From the NCBI RefSeq assembly GCF_009914755.1, contig NC_060943.1: DNA of 64,000 nt; one strand, written 5' to 3'. Below the pieces are notes generated by a model that worked only from the letters and a program-made list of their open reading frames with translations, had not been told where the DNA came from and did not search any database. Shown here in pieces: positions 31,201 to 45,419 of the stretch; positions within the stretch are counted from its first letter, which is position 1; the number at the start of each line of letters is the position of its first letter. The position numbers and the translations under genes are program-made. Origin of the DNA: the human T2T-CHM13v2.0 reference genome, Homo sapiens.

Positions 31201-34200
31201 GTAGAAAGCATGGTGACAGATCTTGTGGAGGTGTCCGGTGACATTGTGGGCTTTTCAGTGCCTTGGATGGATGTTCTGCTAGAGGAGGTGAGTTCTGTTC
31301 TGGAGACCTCAGTAGTAGCAGCAGTGAATGCTTTGTCAAAGACCGTGCTTGTGTCTGAGGATGAGCCAATTTTCTGGGAGGTGCTAGTCTCCCTCAGTCT
31401 AAATATCAGGGAGAAAGTTGTCTCAGACTCAATCTTTTTCATCGCAGAGGATCTAGGCATTGATGTGGAAACTATTGAGTCCCCCGAGGTGGAAGTGATA
31501 ACTACTGCGGATGTGGCTTTATATGGGTCTGAGTCAGGTGAGACAGTAAAATAGAATTCATTTGGTGAACTGGTGGTCCCCACATTGGCCACTGCTGTGT
31601 TTATAGAAGGATGCATTGTGTGTGTATCTGTGGTGGCTTCTGAAGTGGCCAAGGTGTTCCTTAAATTTTGAGGTGAACGAGTCACAGGTTCTAAGTTTGT
31701 GTCCATGTCTGTGATCTTCGCCAGTGTAGGGGTGGGTACTGAGGTCACAGAAACAAGAGAGGAGGTACTGTGCTCTTGCAATGTGGAAGTTACAGGAGAA
31801 GGTGAGGTTGTCACAAGGAGAGGTGCCTGAGAAGAGAGAGAGTTGGCTTCTTCTGCAGAGAAAGGGCTTGTCTTCAACACATCATTGAGATCATTGTTCA
31901 TGACACTGGTTGTTTCTGAATCTACAAAATCCTGAGTTCTGGCTGATGGAGTTCCTGCTGAGGTGGCTATGGTTGATGTGTCCAGGGTCAGTTGGCCAAG
32001 AGATGTCACCCCAGAAGGACCTGTTTGTGTGGCGATGGTCTTGTGTGTAGATATTGTCAAGGGAGGAGAGTTAGAATGACTGCTGCTGGCTTCAGGTGAA
32101 ATGTCTGGGGACTTTGTTGACTGAGCAGAAGCTGGCATGAATGTAGGATCATAGTAGGTGACTTCTGCCCTGGAGACCTCAGTAGCAGCATCCAGGGACA
32201 CACTGGAGAAAACAGTGTTTGACTCTGTAGTTGAGTTCATCACCAGGGCGGTGCTGTCCTCTTTCAGTTCAGGAGTCAGAGGGGATGTTGAGTCTCTGTC
32301 AACATTTTTAGTCTCAGGAGAACCAGGTGTTGATGTGGAAACAATAGCGTCCTCCATCATAGATCCAGTAACCTTTGGAGGTGTGTGTCCGGATGGCTGG
32401 GAGTGGATTGAGACAGAGGAATGTAGTTTATGCATAGAATTGGTGGTCCCCATATTGGTTTCTGCTGTGTTCTCTGAAAAGTGAATTGTCTCTGTATTTG
32501 TGGAGGCTTCAGAAGTGAGTATCTCACCTGAGAAGCTACTTGCACTTGGTAAGGAGCTGGTCACAAGTTCTGAGTGTGTGTCCAACATGTCTATGGTCTT
32601 CCTCCTGCCAGAGGTGAGAAGGGAAGTCACAGGGAGAGCAGAAGTGGGGCTACTTCCTGATACTGCGGAATAAAGAGATGAATGTGAGGTTATTGCAGGT
32701 AAAGGCACTGGGGAAGAAGGAGAACTGGTTTCTTCCACAGAGGGAGGGCTTTGCCATGACACGCCCTTAGTACTTCTGCTCATAGTAGTGGTCTCCTCTG
32801 AGTGTGGAAATCTCTGAGTCACAGGTGAGTGAGTCCCTTCCCAGGAAGCTGTGCTTGATGTGTCCAGGGTAAGGGTAGCCTGTGAGATAGTCCCTATAGG
32901 ACCTGTTTGGTTGGTGATGGCCATTTCTGTGGATCCTGTTACAAAAGGAAAAGTGGAGAGCCTGGTGATGGTTTCTGTGGAGATGTAGGGTGACATTTTG
33001 GAATGATCAGGCCCTGAGATGGTTGTTCTGCTGGAAGTGATAACTTCTGTCCTGGAGACCTCAGTAGTAGTAGTAGTGGGCACTTCTGAAAGGACAGTGC
33101 TGGTCTCTGTCACAGTGTTGATCTCCTCAGACGTCCTGGTGTCCCTTAATCCAGGAATCAAAGAGGATGTTGATTCAGTCTGAATTCTAGTCTCAAAGAA
33201 GGCAGGAGTTGATGTAGAAACACTTGTATCCCCCATGGCGAAGGTGGTACCCATTGGAGATGTGGCTTTGGATGTGTCTGAATCAGCTGGGACAGAAGAT
33301 TGTGATTCATGTCCAGAAATGGAGGTCCCCACGTTGGCCACTGCAGTGTTTGTATGCATGGAAGCATGCATGGCTTCTGTGTGCGCAGTGTCTTTGTAAG
33401 TGGTCAGTCTCTCCTGTGTGGGGCTGCTTAAATTTGGAGGTGAACTCGTTACGGTCTCTGGGCTTGTTGTGCCCAATACATTTGTGGTTGTCACCAGAAC
33501 AGAAGTAAGAAGTGCAGTCACAGGGAGAGGAGAGGAGGGGATGCTCTCTGGTGATGTGGAGGAAACAGGAGAAGGGGATGTCATGGAAGGTGACATCAGG
33601 GAAAACCCAGAGCTGGTTTCTTCCACAGGGGGAGTTGTCATCCATGACACATCTCCAGGGGTTCTGCTCCGAAGAGTGGTTATCTCTGAGTGTGGGAATC
33701 CCTGAGACACGGTTGAATGAGTCCCTCCCTGGAAAAGTGTGGTTGATGTGTCCCAGGGAAGGATACCCTGTGATGTAGCCCCAGGAGTAGTTGTTTGAGT
33801 GGTGACGGTCATTTCTGCAGATTTTGTCATGATGGGGGAGGTGAAGAGCCTGGTGATCATTCCTGTGGAGATGTCGGGTGCTATTGTGGACCGATCAAGG
33901 TCTGAGATGGATGTTCTGCTAGAGGAGATTTCTGTTCTGGAGGCCTGAGTAATAGCACCTGTGGGCACATAAGAAAAGGCAGTATTTGTCTCTGTTGTTG
34001 AGCTGGTCTTCTCAGACGTGCTGCTCTCCCTCAGTCTAGGGCTCAGGGATGCTGTTGGCTCTGTTTGAATTTGGTTAGTCTGAGAGATATTAGGAGTTGA
34101 TGTGGAAACACTTGTGTCCCCCAGGGTGGAGGTGGTACTCATCAGAGGTGTGGCTTTCGATGTCTCTGAGTCAGCTAGGACAGAGGATTGTGATTTATGT

Positions 34201-37200
34201 CCAGACCCGGAAGTCCCTACATTGGTCACTGCGGTGTTTGTGGAATGATGCATGGCGGCTTCTGTGTGTGCAGTGTCTTTGTAAGTGGCCGGTCTCTCAT
34301 GAGTGATGCTGCTCAAATTTGGAGGTGAACTGGTTACAGACTCTGGGCTTGTTGTGCCCAACACATCTGTGGTTGTCACCAGAACAGAAGTAGGAAGTGC
34401 AGTCACAGGAAGAGGAGAGGAGGGGATGCTCTGTGGTGATGTGGAGGAAACAGGAGAAGGGGATGTCATGGCAGGTGAAGACATCAGGGAAGACACAGAG
34501 CTGGTTTCTTCCACAGGGGGAGTTGTCATCCATGACACATTCCCAGGACCCATGCCCATGAGAGTGGTCACCTCTGAGTATGGGAATCCCTGAGTCACAG
34601 TTGAATGAGTCCCTCCCTGGGAAAGTGTGGTTGATGTGTCCAAGGGAAGGGTACTGTGCGATGCAGACTCAGGAGGACTTGCTTGGGTGGTGATCGTCAT
34701 TTCTGCAGATTTTGTCTTAATAGAGGAGGTGAAGACCCTGGGGATCTCTCCTGTGAAGGTGTCAGGTGGCACTGTGGACTTATCATGGTCTGGGGTGGAA
34801 ATTTTGCTAGAAGAGATGACCCCTGTACTGGAGACCTCAGTAATAGTACCAGTGGGGACTTTGGAAAGTAGAAAACTTGTGTCCGTGGGAAAGCTGGACT
34901 CCTGAGAGGTACTGGTCTCTCTCAGTCTAGGAGTCAAGAAATATGTTGGCTCTCTCTTAATGTTTGTAGTCTCAGAGGAACCATGCACTGGCATTGATGT
35001 GGAAGGAGCTGGATCTCCCACAGTGGTGGTGATAACCATTTGAGTTGTGGCTTTGGGTGTCTCTGAGTCAGCCAGTGCAGGGGAATGGGATTCATGTCCA
35101 GAGTTGTTGGCTTTCACATTGGTCTCTTCTGTGTTTATAGAAGGAAAAATTTCCTTTGTGTCTTTACTGTCTTTAGAAGTGGCCAGTATCTTATCTGAGG
35201 TGCTGCTGAAATTTGGAAGTGAGCTGGTCACAGGTTCCAAGCGTGTACGTAATATGTCTGTAATCTTCACTAGGCCAGAGGTGAGAAGTGAAGTCATAGG
35301 AGAGGAGAGCTTATCCTCTGGTAAGGTAGAAGAAATCAGGGAAGGTGTTGTCATTGCAGGTGAGGACAGAAAGGAAGAGGGGGAGCTGGTTTTATCCACA
35401 GAGGGAGGACTTGTCCATGATACATCCTGTGGAATTCTGCTCATAAGAGTGGTCACATCCAATTGTGAAAATCCATGAGTCATAGCTGAGTGGATCCCTG
35501 CCTGGGGGGTTGTATTTGATGGGTCCATGGTAAAAGTATCCTGTGATGTAGCCCCATGAGGACCTGTTTGGGTGGTGATGGTTATTTCTGCAGATTCTGT
35601 CATTATTGGGGAGGTAGACAGCCTGGTGTTGGTTTCTGTGGAGATGTCTAGTGACACTGTGGACTGATCAGGGCCAGGGAAGGATGTACTGCTAGAGGAA
35701 GTGACATCTGTCCTGGATACCTCGGTAGTGGCACCAGTGAGCTCTTTGTAAGGAACAGTGCTTGTCTCTGTGGACGAGGTGATCTCCTGGGAGATGCTGG
35801 TCTCCCTCAGTTTAGGAGTCAGGGAGGAAGTTGTCTCAGTCTCAGTTCTTGTAGTCTTAGAGGATTTAGGTATTGATCTGGAAATTGTGGTGTCTTCCAT
35901 GGTGGAGGTGGTAACATTTGGAGATGTGACTTTAGATGGCTCTGGGTAAGCTGAGACAGTAGAATGTGATTCAAATGCTGAACCGGTGGTCCCCACATTG
36001 GTAACTACTGTGTTTATGGAAGGATGCGTTGTCTCTATATCTGTGGTGGCTGCTGAAGTGACCGATATGTCATCCAAAGTGTTGCTCATACTTTGAGGTG
36101 AACTGGTCACTGTTTCTAAGCTTGTATCCACCTTGCCTGCGGTCTTTACCAGTGAAGAAGTAAGAACTGAGGACATAGAAACAGGAGAGGAGGTACTGTG
36201 CCATTGCGGTGTGAAAGCAACAGAAGAAGGTAAGGTTGTGACAAGGACAGGTGCTTGAGAAGAGGGAGAGCTGGCTTCATCCTGAAAGGGAGGGTTTGTC
36301 TGTGACACGTCCTTGACATCATTGTTCATTGCAGTGGTTATTTTTGAGTGGGCAAACCCCTCAGTCACCACTGATGGAGTCCCTGCTGAGGTTTCCAAGG
36401 TTGATGTGTCTAAGGCAAGTGGAATCTTTGATGTAGCTCCAGAAGACCCTGTCTGGGTGGTGGTCATGTGGGTAGATATTGTCATGGGAGGAGAGTTTGA
36501 AAGTCTACTGCTGGCTACTGAGAAAATATCTGGGAACTTTGTTGACTGAGCAGGAGTTGGTATGAATGTTGCATCAAAAGAGGGGACTTCCATTTTTGTG
36601 GCTTCAGTAATAGCCCCCACAGACACATTGGAGAGGATGATGTTTGACTCTGTAGTTGAGTTCATCTCCTGGAGGGTGCTGTTCTCTTTTCGTCCAGCAG
36701 TCAGGGAGGATGTTGGCTCTCCCTCAATGTCTGTGGTCTCAGAACCAGGTATTGATATAGAAGCAAGAGCGTCCCCCATGCTGGAGGCAGGAACCATTGG
36801 AGATGTGGCTGTAGATGGTTCTGAGCTGACTGGGAGAGTGGAATGCAGTACATGTGCTGAACTGGCAGTCCCCATATTGGTCACTGCTTTGTTTATGGAA
36901 GGATGAATAGTCTCTATATCTGTGGTGGCTGCCAAAGTGGCCAGTATCTCATTTGATGGATTGTTCAAATTTTGAGGTGAATTGGTCACAGGTTCCATGC
37001 TTGTGTTCAACATATCTGTGGTCTTCACCAGTCCAGAGGTAAGAACTGAAGTCGCAGAAACAGGAGAGGATGTATGTTGCCCTTGTAACGTGGAAGTGGC
37101 AGGAGGTATGGTTGTGACCAAGAAAGGTGTCAGGGAAGAGGGATAGCTGGTTTCTGCCACAGAGGGAGGGCTTGTCCAGGACACATCCTTGGGACCTTTG

Positions 37201-40200
37201 CTTATGAGAGTGGTCTTCTCTGATTGCATAAAATCTGGAGTCACAGCTAATGGAGTCTCTGTCAAGTAAGGCATGGTTGATGTGTCCAAGAGATATGGAC
37301 CCTGTGTTGCAGCTCCAATAGGACCTGTTTGGGTGGTGATGGTCACTCCTGAAGATTCTGTCATTATCAGAGAGGTGGAGGGGTTGGTGCTCACATCTGT
37401 AAATGTGTTGGTAGAAGTTATAAACTGATGAGGGCTTGAGATGGATGTTCCGCTAGAGAAAGTGGCTTGTGTCTTGGTGACATGAGTAGTAGCATCACCA
37501 CTAGACACATGGGTAATGACAGTGCTTGTCTCTGTAGCAGAGCTGGCCACCTGGGATGTGCTTCTCTCCTGAAGTCCCTGGTTCACAGAGGACACTGTCT
37601 CAATCTCTGTGGTCTCGGAGGAGCCAAATACTGATGTGGAAGAAGTGATGTCCCCCATGATGTGGGAGGTAACCAATGGAGATGTGGCTTTGGATGGCTT
37701 TGTATGGCCTGGGATAGGAGAATATTCAGAACTGGTTGCCTCCATATTCGTCACTGCTGTGTCTGCAGAATGATGAATTGCCTTTGTATCTCTGGAGGCT
37801 TCATAAGTGGATAACGCCTCACCTGCTGTACTGCTCAAATTGGGAGGTAAACTTGTGCCAGGTTCCAAGCTTATCCTCGACATGTCTGTGGTCTTCCCCA
37901 GGCCAGAGGTCTCAGACAAGAAAACTGAGGTCACAGGTGGAGTAGAGGAGGGACTGTGCCCTTGTGATGTCAACAAAATATTGGAAGGCGAGGTTGTAGC
38001 ATGGATAGGTACCAGGGAAGAGGAAGAGCTGGTTTCTTCCACAGAGGGAGGGCTTGGCTGTGATGTATCCTCAGGACCTTTGCTAAAGAGAGTGGTCTTC
38101 TCTGAGTATGTAAATCTCTGAGTCGTAGCCAGTGGAGTCCCTGTCCAGGAGGCTGTGGCTGATGTATCCAAAGTAGGTGCACTTAGTGATGTAGCGCCAG
38201 GTGGACTTGTTTGCATAGCAAGGATCATTCCTCCAGATTCTGTCATGGCAGGAAAGTTAGACAGCCTGGTGATGGCTTCTGAGGGGCTGTCTGACGACCT
38301 CATAGACTGGGCAAGGAATGAGCTGGATATTCTCTTAGAGGAGGTAATTTCTGTTCTAGGCCCCTTGGTGATCGCAGTGGAACCTGGGGAAGAGATAAAA
38401 CTTGTTTGTGTGGTTGAGCTGGTGTCCATGTAAGGGCTGACGTCCCTCAGTTCAATAGTCAAGAAGGAATTAGGCTCTGTTCTAGCCCTTGTAGACTCTG
38501 GCCATGTGGTTGTTGACATAGAAACTATTGCTTGTTCCCTGGTGGAGGTTGTAACCACTGGAGATGTGAGTTTGGATGACGCTGAGTGGGCTGGGATAGT
38601 GGAATGAGAAGCATGTTCGGAACTTGTGACCCAGCCTGTGGTCTCTACTGTGTTTGTAGAAGGGTGAATTGCCTCTTTGTCTGTGGTGGACTCAGAAGGG
38701 GCAATTCTCTCATATGGGCTGCTTTTCCAACTTGGGGATGAAGTCGTCCCAGATTCCAAGTTTATGTCCAGCGTATTCAGGGTCCTTAATACACTGGAGG
38801 AGCTGGTAACCTCCTTGATGGTATCTTCTGAGACAGAATTCATCATCTCAGTGATCCAAGGTGCACTTGGGGTTGATTTTTCTTTCTCATTCCAGGAGTC
38901 AGATGTAGCTCTTGCCTCTGTTGTAAGAGCTGTCTGCCCTTGTCTCTGAAAAGTTGCATCTGGAGTTTTTGCTGTGTGTGGGATCACATCCAGAGTTGTT
39001 GCTGCTGATCTGGGCACCTGCCCTGGATGTGCAGAAGTGGTGGTGGGAAGCTGAGTGGAAGTCTGCTCTGCCTTTTTGCTTGTGGGATCTGGTCTTGAAA
39101 AAGTAACTCCAGAGCTCCTTGCCATTGCAGCTGGTGTGACTGCACTTGTAATGTGCCCTATAGAGAAGGGCAACTGTGAGGTAGCTGGGCTGATCATGGT
39201 TTCCAAAGTGAGTTCCTGGGGAGTTGTGGCCCCCTGAGGAGCTGAGGTAGTGGCTGTGGCTGATGACAGAGATCTCCCAGTGTCCCAGTCAAGAGTGGAC
39301 AGAGAATCAAACAGAAAAGTGGACAGGGGCGTATTTGGGTCAGTCTTTGTACTAGCATGATCTGTAGAAACCATTGAAACAGGCACATCTTCTGCTTCTG
39401 TACTACTGGGAGTCCAACTTGTACTTAAAATGTCAGGAACTGAGATGCTCATCCTCTGGACACGAGAAAAAGTTGAGATGGGAGTAGATGCAGTTGTGTC
39501 TGAAGGACTCAATGTTCTTTCACTTGTACTGGTCTCTGTCTTTACAGCTGAAGCATCAGAGGATGGAGTGACCAGGCTGGTTCCAATGACAGTTATACGG
39601 CCATGGGGAGTAGACATGGAGTCTAATTCAGTGCTTGAGGCTAAGAATGAAGTTGTATGCATTGTGGAAATTGTTCCAGGAGATCTTGCAACTTTCAAGT
39701 TTGAAGTCATGTCTGTGACAGTCCAGGAATCTGATGCAGCTGTGGAAGACCAGGTGGAAGGGTGTTCTGTAGAAGTTGTGCGCCTCTCTGTGGCCGGGGT
39801 GCTGTCCATGGTACTCATACCCACTTCTGGGTTGGGTGTGGTAGTTGAGATTGAGTTGGTTCCCATGGTGGTGATGGTGGTGGAGATACCTGGAGTAGGA
39901 GCTGTGGTTACGTCCAGGATGCTCACTTCCGCAGGAGATGAAGTCTGAGATAGATGCCCAGCAGTAGGGGCAATGTCACTTTTCACTGCACTTACATTGG
40001 CCCTCAGAGTCTCAAGCCCTATTGAAGGAGATGTGACAGATGACGCAGAGCTTGTTTTTCCTCCTGAGGGATTGGTGAGGCTTGTAATGCCTTGGTCTCC
40101 AGAGGGCAGAGACACTAGTGAGGTGGTTTGTGCTGTGGAGGTGATGTATAATGTGTTTGTGACATCAGGAGATGCACCAAGGGTGATGTCACTCCCAGAT

Positions 40201-40918
40201 GTCTGATCTGACCAAGAACTAGTTGATGAATAAGCCTCATCCACAGATCGACTTGTCTGTTGTTCAGCTGCCATTATCTTATTATTCAGGACAGTGGAGG
40301 GAATGGCTGTGGTGCTTACCCATGTCTCGGTTTTATGTTTGGATTTATCTGTCAATGAGCTCACAGAGTTTGGGCTGGTTACAGGGTCTTCAAGGATATT
40401 GGAAGATGTGCTCAGAGAGACATGTGTGTCCCCTGTGGTCCCTCCAGTAGAGCCATGCCACATAGAGAATTCCATTCCAGTTGTCTTTGAAACCAGTTCT
40501 GGACTGCTTTGCTGACCAGTCCCTGTGATGCTTCTAGCAGTTGGTGACTCTAGGGAGACAGAGGACATTGTGGCCAGTGACTGCCTGGTCCCTCCTGGAG
40601 TTCCAGAATAAAGGTTGGTCCAAGCCTCAGGTGGGGATGGGGAGAGGGAGACCCTTTCTGTAGCCAACATATTTTCTGTTGGTGACTTGGTTGGTGATGT
40701 GGTTCCTGTGGGCAGGTGAGAGATGCTGGTGCTGCCACTTCCTAGGGCTGTGGACTGAAGGGTGACTGGTTCCACTGTGGTCTCCATGGGAACAGTTGTT
40801 TCTGGAGTCTTCCAAGGAGAATTTCTCACAGTGGACCTGATCTCTGGGCTGATGCTGGGTTCCTTGGAGCTCATGATTTTGAGAGTGGTAGACATTTCTG
40901 GGCTTCCTGGGGATGTGC
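19226..40918 (-). CDS. MUC16: MUC16 exon 3, giant 21693-nt exon (7231 codons) of PTS repeats
   Basis: Lies within the 7284-aa ORF. Acceptor tttctaatcacAG|GC at 40919/40918, donor A|GTAAGG at 19225; length divisible by 3. Confidence 0.97.
19900..38500 (-). repeat. About 21 degenerate ~880-nt (~293-aa) tandem coding repeats in exon 3
   Basis: Anchor SSPPNLSST / ctcaaatttgga recurs near 20270, 21140, 22888, 24640, 25522, 26408, 27260, 28143, 29917, 33428, 34312 and 37833, with variants in between. Confidence 0.9.
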
Positions 40919-41787
40919 CTGTGATTAGAAAGTAAGTCAGTGGAGTATATGCAAATGGTACAGAAGATGAAGTTTTTTGGTTTGACACTATCATTCATTT
41001 CCTCCCGGGATTTCAATTAAAACTATTTCCTCCTTCTCTGGGAAAGAAAATGTTGAGCTTTTAATTCTCACACTTTAAGCCTCTGGACACCAGGGAACAC
41101 ATTAAACATTCCAAGGGAGATGGTGAAGTTAGAGCTTTGACCATCTGGCTTGCTCAGGAGAAATTATCACCTTTAGCTCAGTTTTTCCCCATGCCCCATA
41201 TAAAAGGGCTCTTTGCATAAGGGAGGATGTGATGAACCAGGACTTCACCCATGCAAGAGGCTACCCCCAAACTATTTCCACTTTTGTCTTTGGAGCTTGC
41301 CCTTGCCAAACCAATTTCAGCTTCCAACTTTCAGCCTCCTCTAGGTTCCCCCAAATCTTAGTTCACTGCAAAGCTACTTAAGGATTTGAGAAGAAAGAGG
41401 ATAAGGGAGATGAGCTCATTCTTTCTCGTCACCTTCATTTTCTTTCAAATTCATTCCTCCCTCTGAATCCTTTCCCTGTCCTTCAGGAAAATAACATCTA
41501 CCTGTCAAAGGAGTGAGAAAAATGTGACATCCCAAGAGCACTCCTAGGGACCATATTTCACATTTTTCTAAGCAATTTGGCACTGCCAAGGACTTCAGCC
41601 CATAATCCCTTCTTCCGTAGTAACAAACGCAACATTTGCCATCTCAGGTTCACCTAGGCCCTCCCTGTGAACACAGTGATGGTCTCTGATTTAGAAAGAT
41701 CCTTCACTCTGGAGCAGAAGAAAGTACAGAAAGAATCGACTCTGTAGCATTCTCTCCTGCTGAATTAATTGGCTATTGATCATGTAA

Positions 41788-43210
<1,423 letters not shown>

Positions 43211-43260
43211 AGGCTTGGGTGAAAAAAATTAAGTAAAAAAATAAAAAATTTAAAAAGAAC

Positions 43261-43482
<222 letters not shown>

Positions 43483-43530
43483 CTTGGGTGGCATTAGCAG
43501 AGCAGAAATGGAAACAAGGTCTATATTTAC

Positions 43531-43635
43531 CTGCTGGACTGGTCCCCGTCTCCTCTGCTGGGGCAGGCCACGTGGAATTTCCTTGTGCTGCCTGGCTTGA
43601 CATCTTTATGGTGGTCACTAGCGTTCCATCAGTTG
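43531..43635 (-). CDS. MUC16: MUC16 exon 2 (105 nt linker exon, TTDGTLVTTIKMSSQAAQGNSTWPAPAEETGTSPA)
   Basis: Acceptor cccttttctttcAG, donor CAG|GTAAAT; phase 1-1 and in frame with exons 1 and 3. Confidence 0.95.
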
Positions 43636-43916
43636 CTGAAAGAAAAGGGCAATAGGAAGGTTTAGCTATCCATTACTTCAGAATGTCAGTTTTTGAGCTT
43701 TCTTTACATTGACTGATCTTTCTATTTTGCTTCAACTCAGAGGCTCTAGAGCCCAGTGAGTGAGCTGGACAGCTGCCCAGGTGACCTCCCATCAAACACT
43801 AGTCTAACAGGACATGGTAGAAAGCAGACACCAGGCACCGTCACCAGAAAGACTGACAGATCTCAGATGGGAAGGGGTTCATTTTATAAGTAATCACAAA
43901 TTAAAATGTGACAAGT

Positions 43917-44212
43917 GGCCAGGCACAGTGGCTTGCCCCTGTAATCTCAACACTTTGGGAGGTCAAAGTGGGAGGATTGCCTGAGCCCAGGAGTTTGAGA
44001 CCAGCCTGGGTAGGATAGTGAGACACCATCTCTACAAAATAATTTTTAAAACTAGCTGGGCATGGTGATGTGCACCTGTAGTCCCAGCTCCTCTGGAGGA
44101 TGAAGCAGGAGAATTGCTTGTGCCCAAGAGTTCAGGGTTGCAATGAGCTATGATCACTCCACTGTACTCCAGCCTGGATGACAGAGTGAGACTGTCTCTT
44201 TAAAAATAAATG
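43917..44212 (+). mobile_element. Alu (J-type)
   Basis: ggaggattgcctgagcccaggag is diagnostic. Confidence 0.88.
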
Positions 44213-44239
44213 AAATAAAATGGAGTAATATTCTGTTTA

Positions 44240-45375
44240 GAGCATGGATTCTTAACCTCTTTTTATTATAGGTCCCTTTGACAGGCTTGTGAACCATATG
44301 AATTCCTTTATAAATTAAAATAAAAATATAGAATAAAACATAAAATAACAATATAAAATATTAGATTACAAAGGAAATCATTGTGGATAAAGAAAATCTG
44401 GTACACATACACCTCGGAGTACTATGCAGCCATAAAAAAGAATGAAATCATGTTCTTTAAAGCAACGTGGCTGGAGCTGAAGGCCATCAACCTAAGCAAA
44501 ATAACTCAAAAACAGAAAATTAAATACTGCACATTCTCACTTATAAGTGGGAGCTAACCAATGGGTACATGTGGACATAAAGATAGAAATAATAGACACT
44601 GGGACTCCAAAATAGAGGAGGCTGGGAGTGAAGTGAGGATTGAAAAACTACTTATTGGGCACAACATTCACTATTTGGCTGATGGGTTCACTAGAAGCCA
44701 AACCTCATCATTATGCAGTATATCCACGTAACAAACCTGCACATATACCCCTGAATCTAAAATTTAAAAAACAAAGGAAATGATTATATTGAAATGTTGT
44801 TATCAAGATCTTAATAAACAAATGTAATACAATAATACAGGCACTTATTTTACTAACTCATTAAATAAGATCTATTGAAAAGCCTAATAACCACTATAAT
44901 TATGAATAAAGTCGTACATGATTTTTAAAAGTGCTTGCAACAATTGTCATAGGATATGAAAGTGTCCGGAATTTCTGTTGTTGGCAAAGGCACAGGCACT
45001 GCTAGGATTAATGTGGTTTGTTTTGTTACCTCTATTCATCAATAAAACAAATGCTAAATTTCAGTTCGAGGTTAGCAAAAATAAAGATGTAGTTTACAAA
45101 TACCGCATGTTCTCACTCATAAGTGGGAATTAAACCTTGAGTACACATGGAGACATGTGAATTGAGGGTGGAGGCTGGGAGGAGGGAGAGGATTAAAAAA
45201 AATCTACTGATCAGGTACTAGGCTTATTACCTGGCTGATGATGTAATCTGTACCCCAAGCCCCCATGACATGCAATTTACCTATATAACAAACCTGCACA
45301 TGTTCCCTGAACCTAAAATATTTATATTTTCAAATATAAAAGTTTAAAAAATAAAAAAGATGTAGTTTATTTCCA
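44240..45375. mobile_element. Charlie-type hAT element with two nested L1 3' fragments (~44380-44770, ~45097-45355)
   Basis: Recalled Charlie4-like sequence on both sides; TSD-like acaaaggaaat and aaagatgtagttta flank the L1 pieces. Confidence 0.6.
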
Positions 45376-45419
45376 GATTCATCCCCAGCACACTTGGGGA
45401 AGGAGCAGGGCATTCTTAC

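Noticed and set aside
40919-40994. ORF-track N-termini of the 7284-aa and 1596-aa ORFs as separate genes
   Set aside because: These are intronic extensions past clear splice acceptors; the exons join in frame into one gene.
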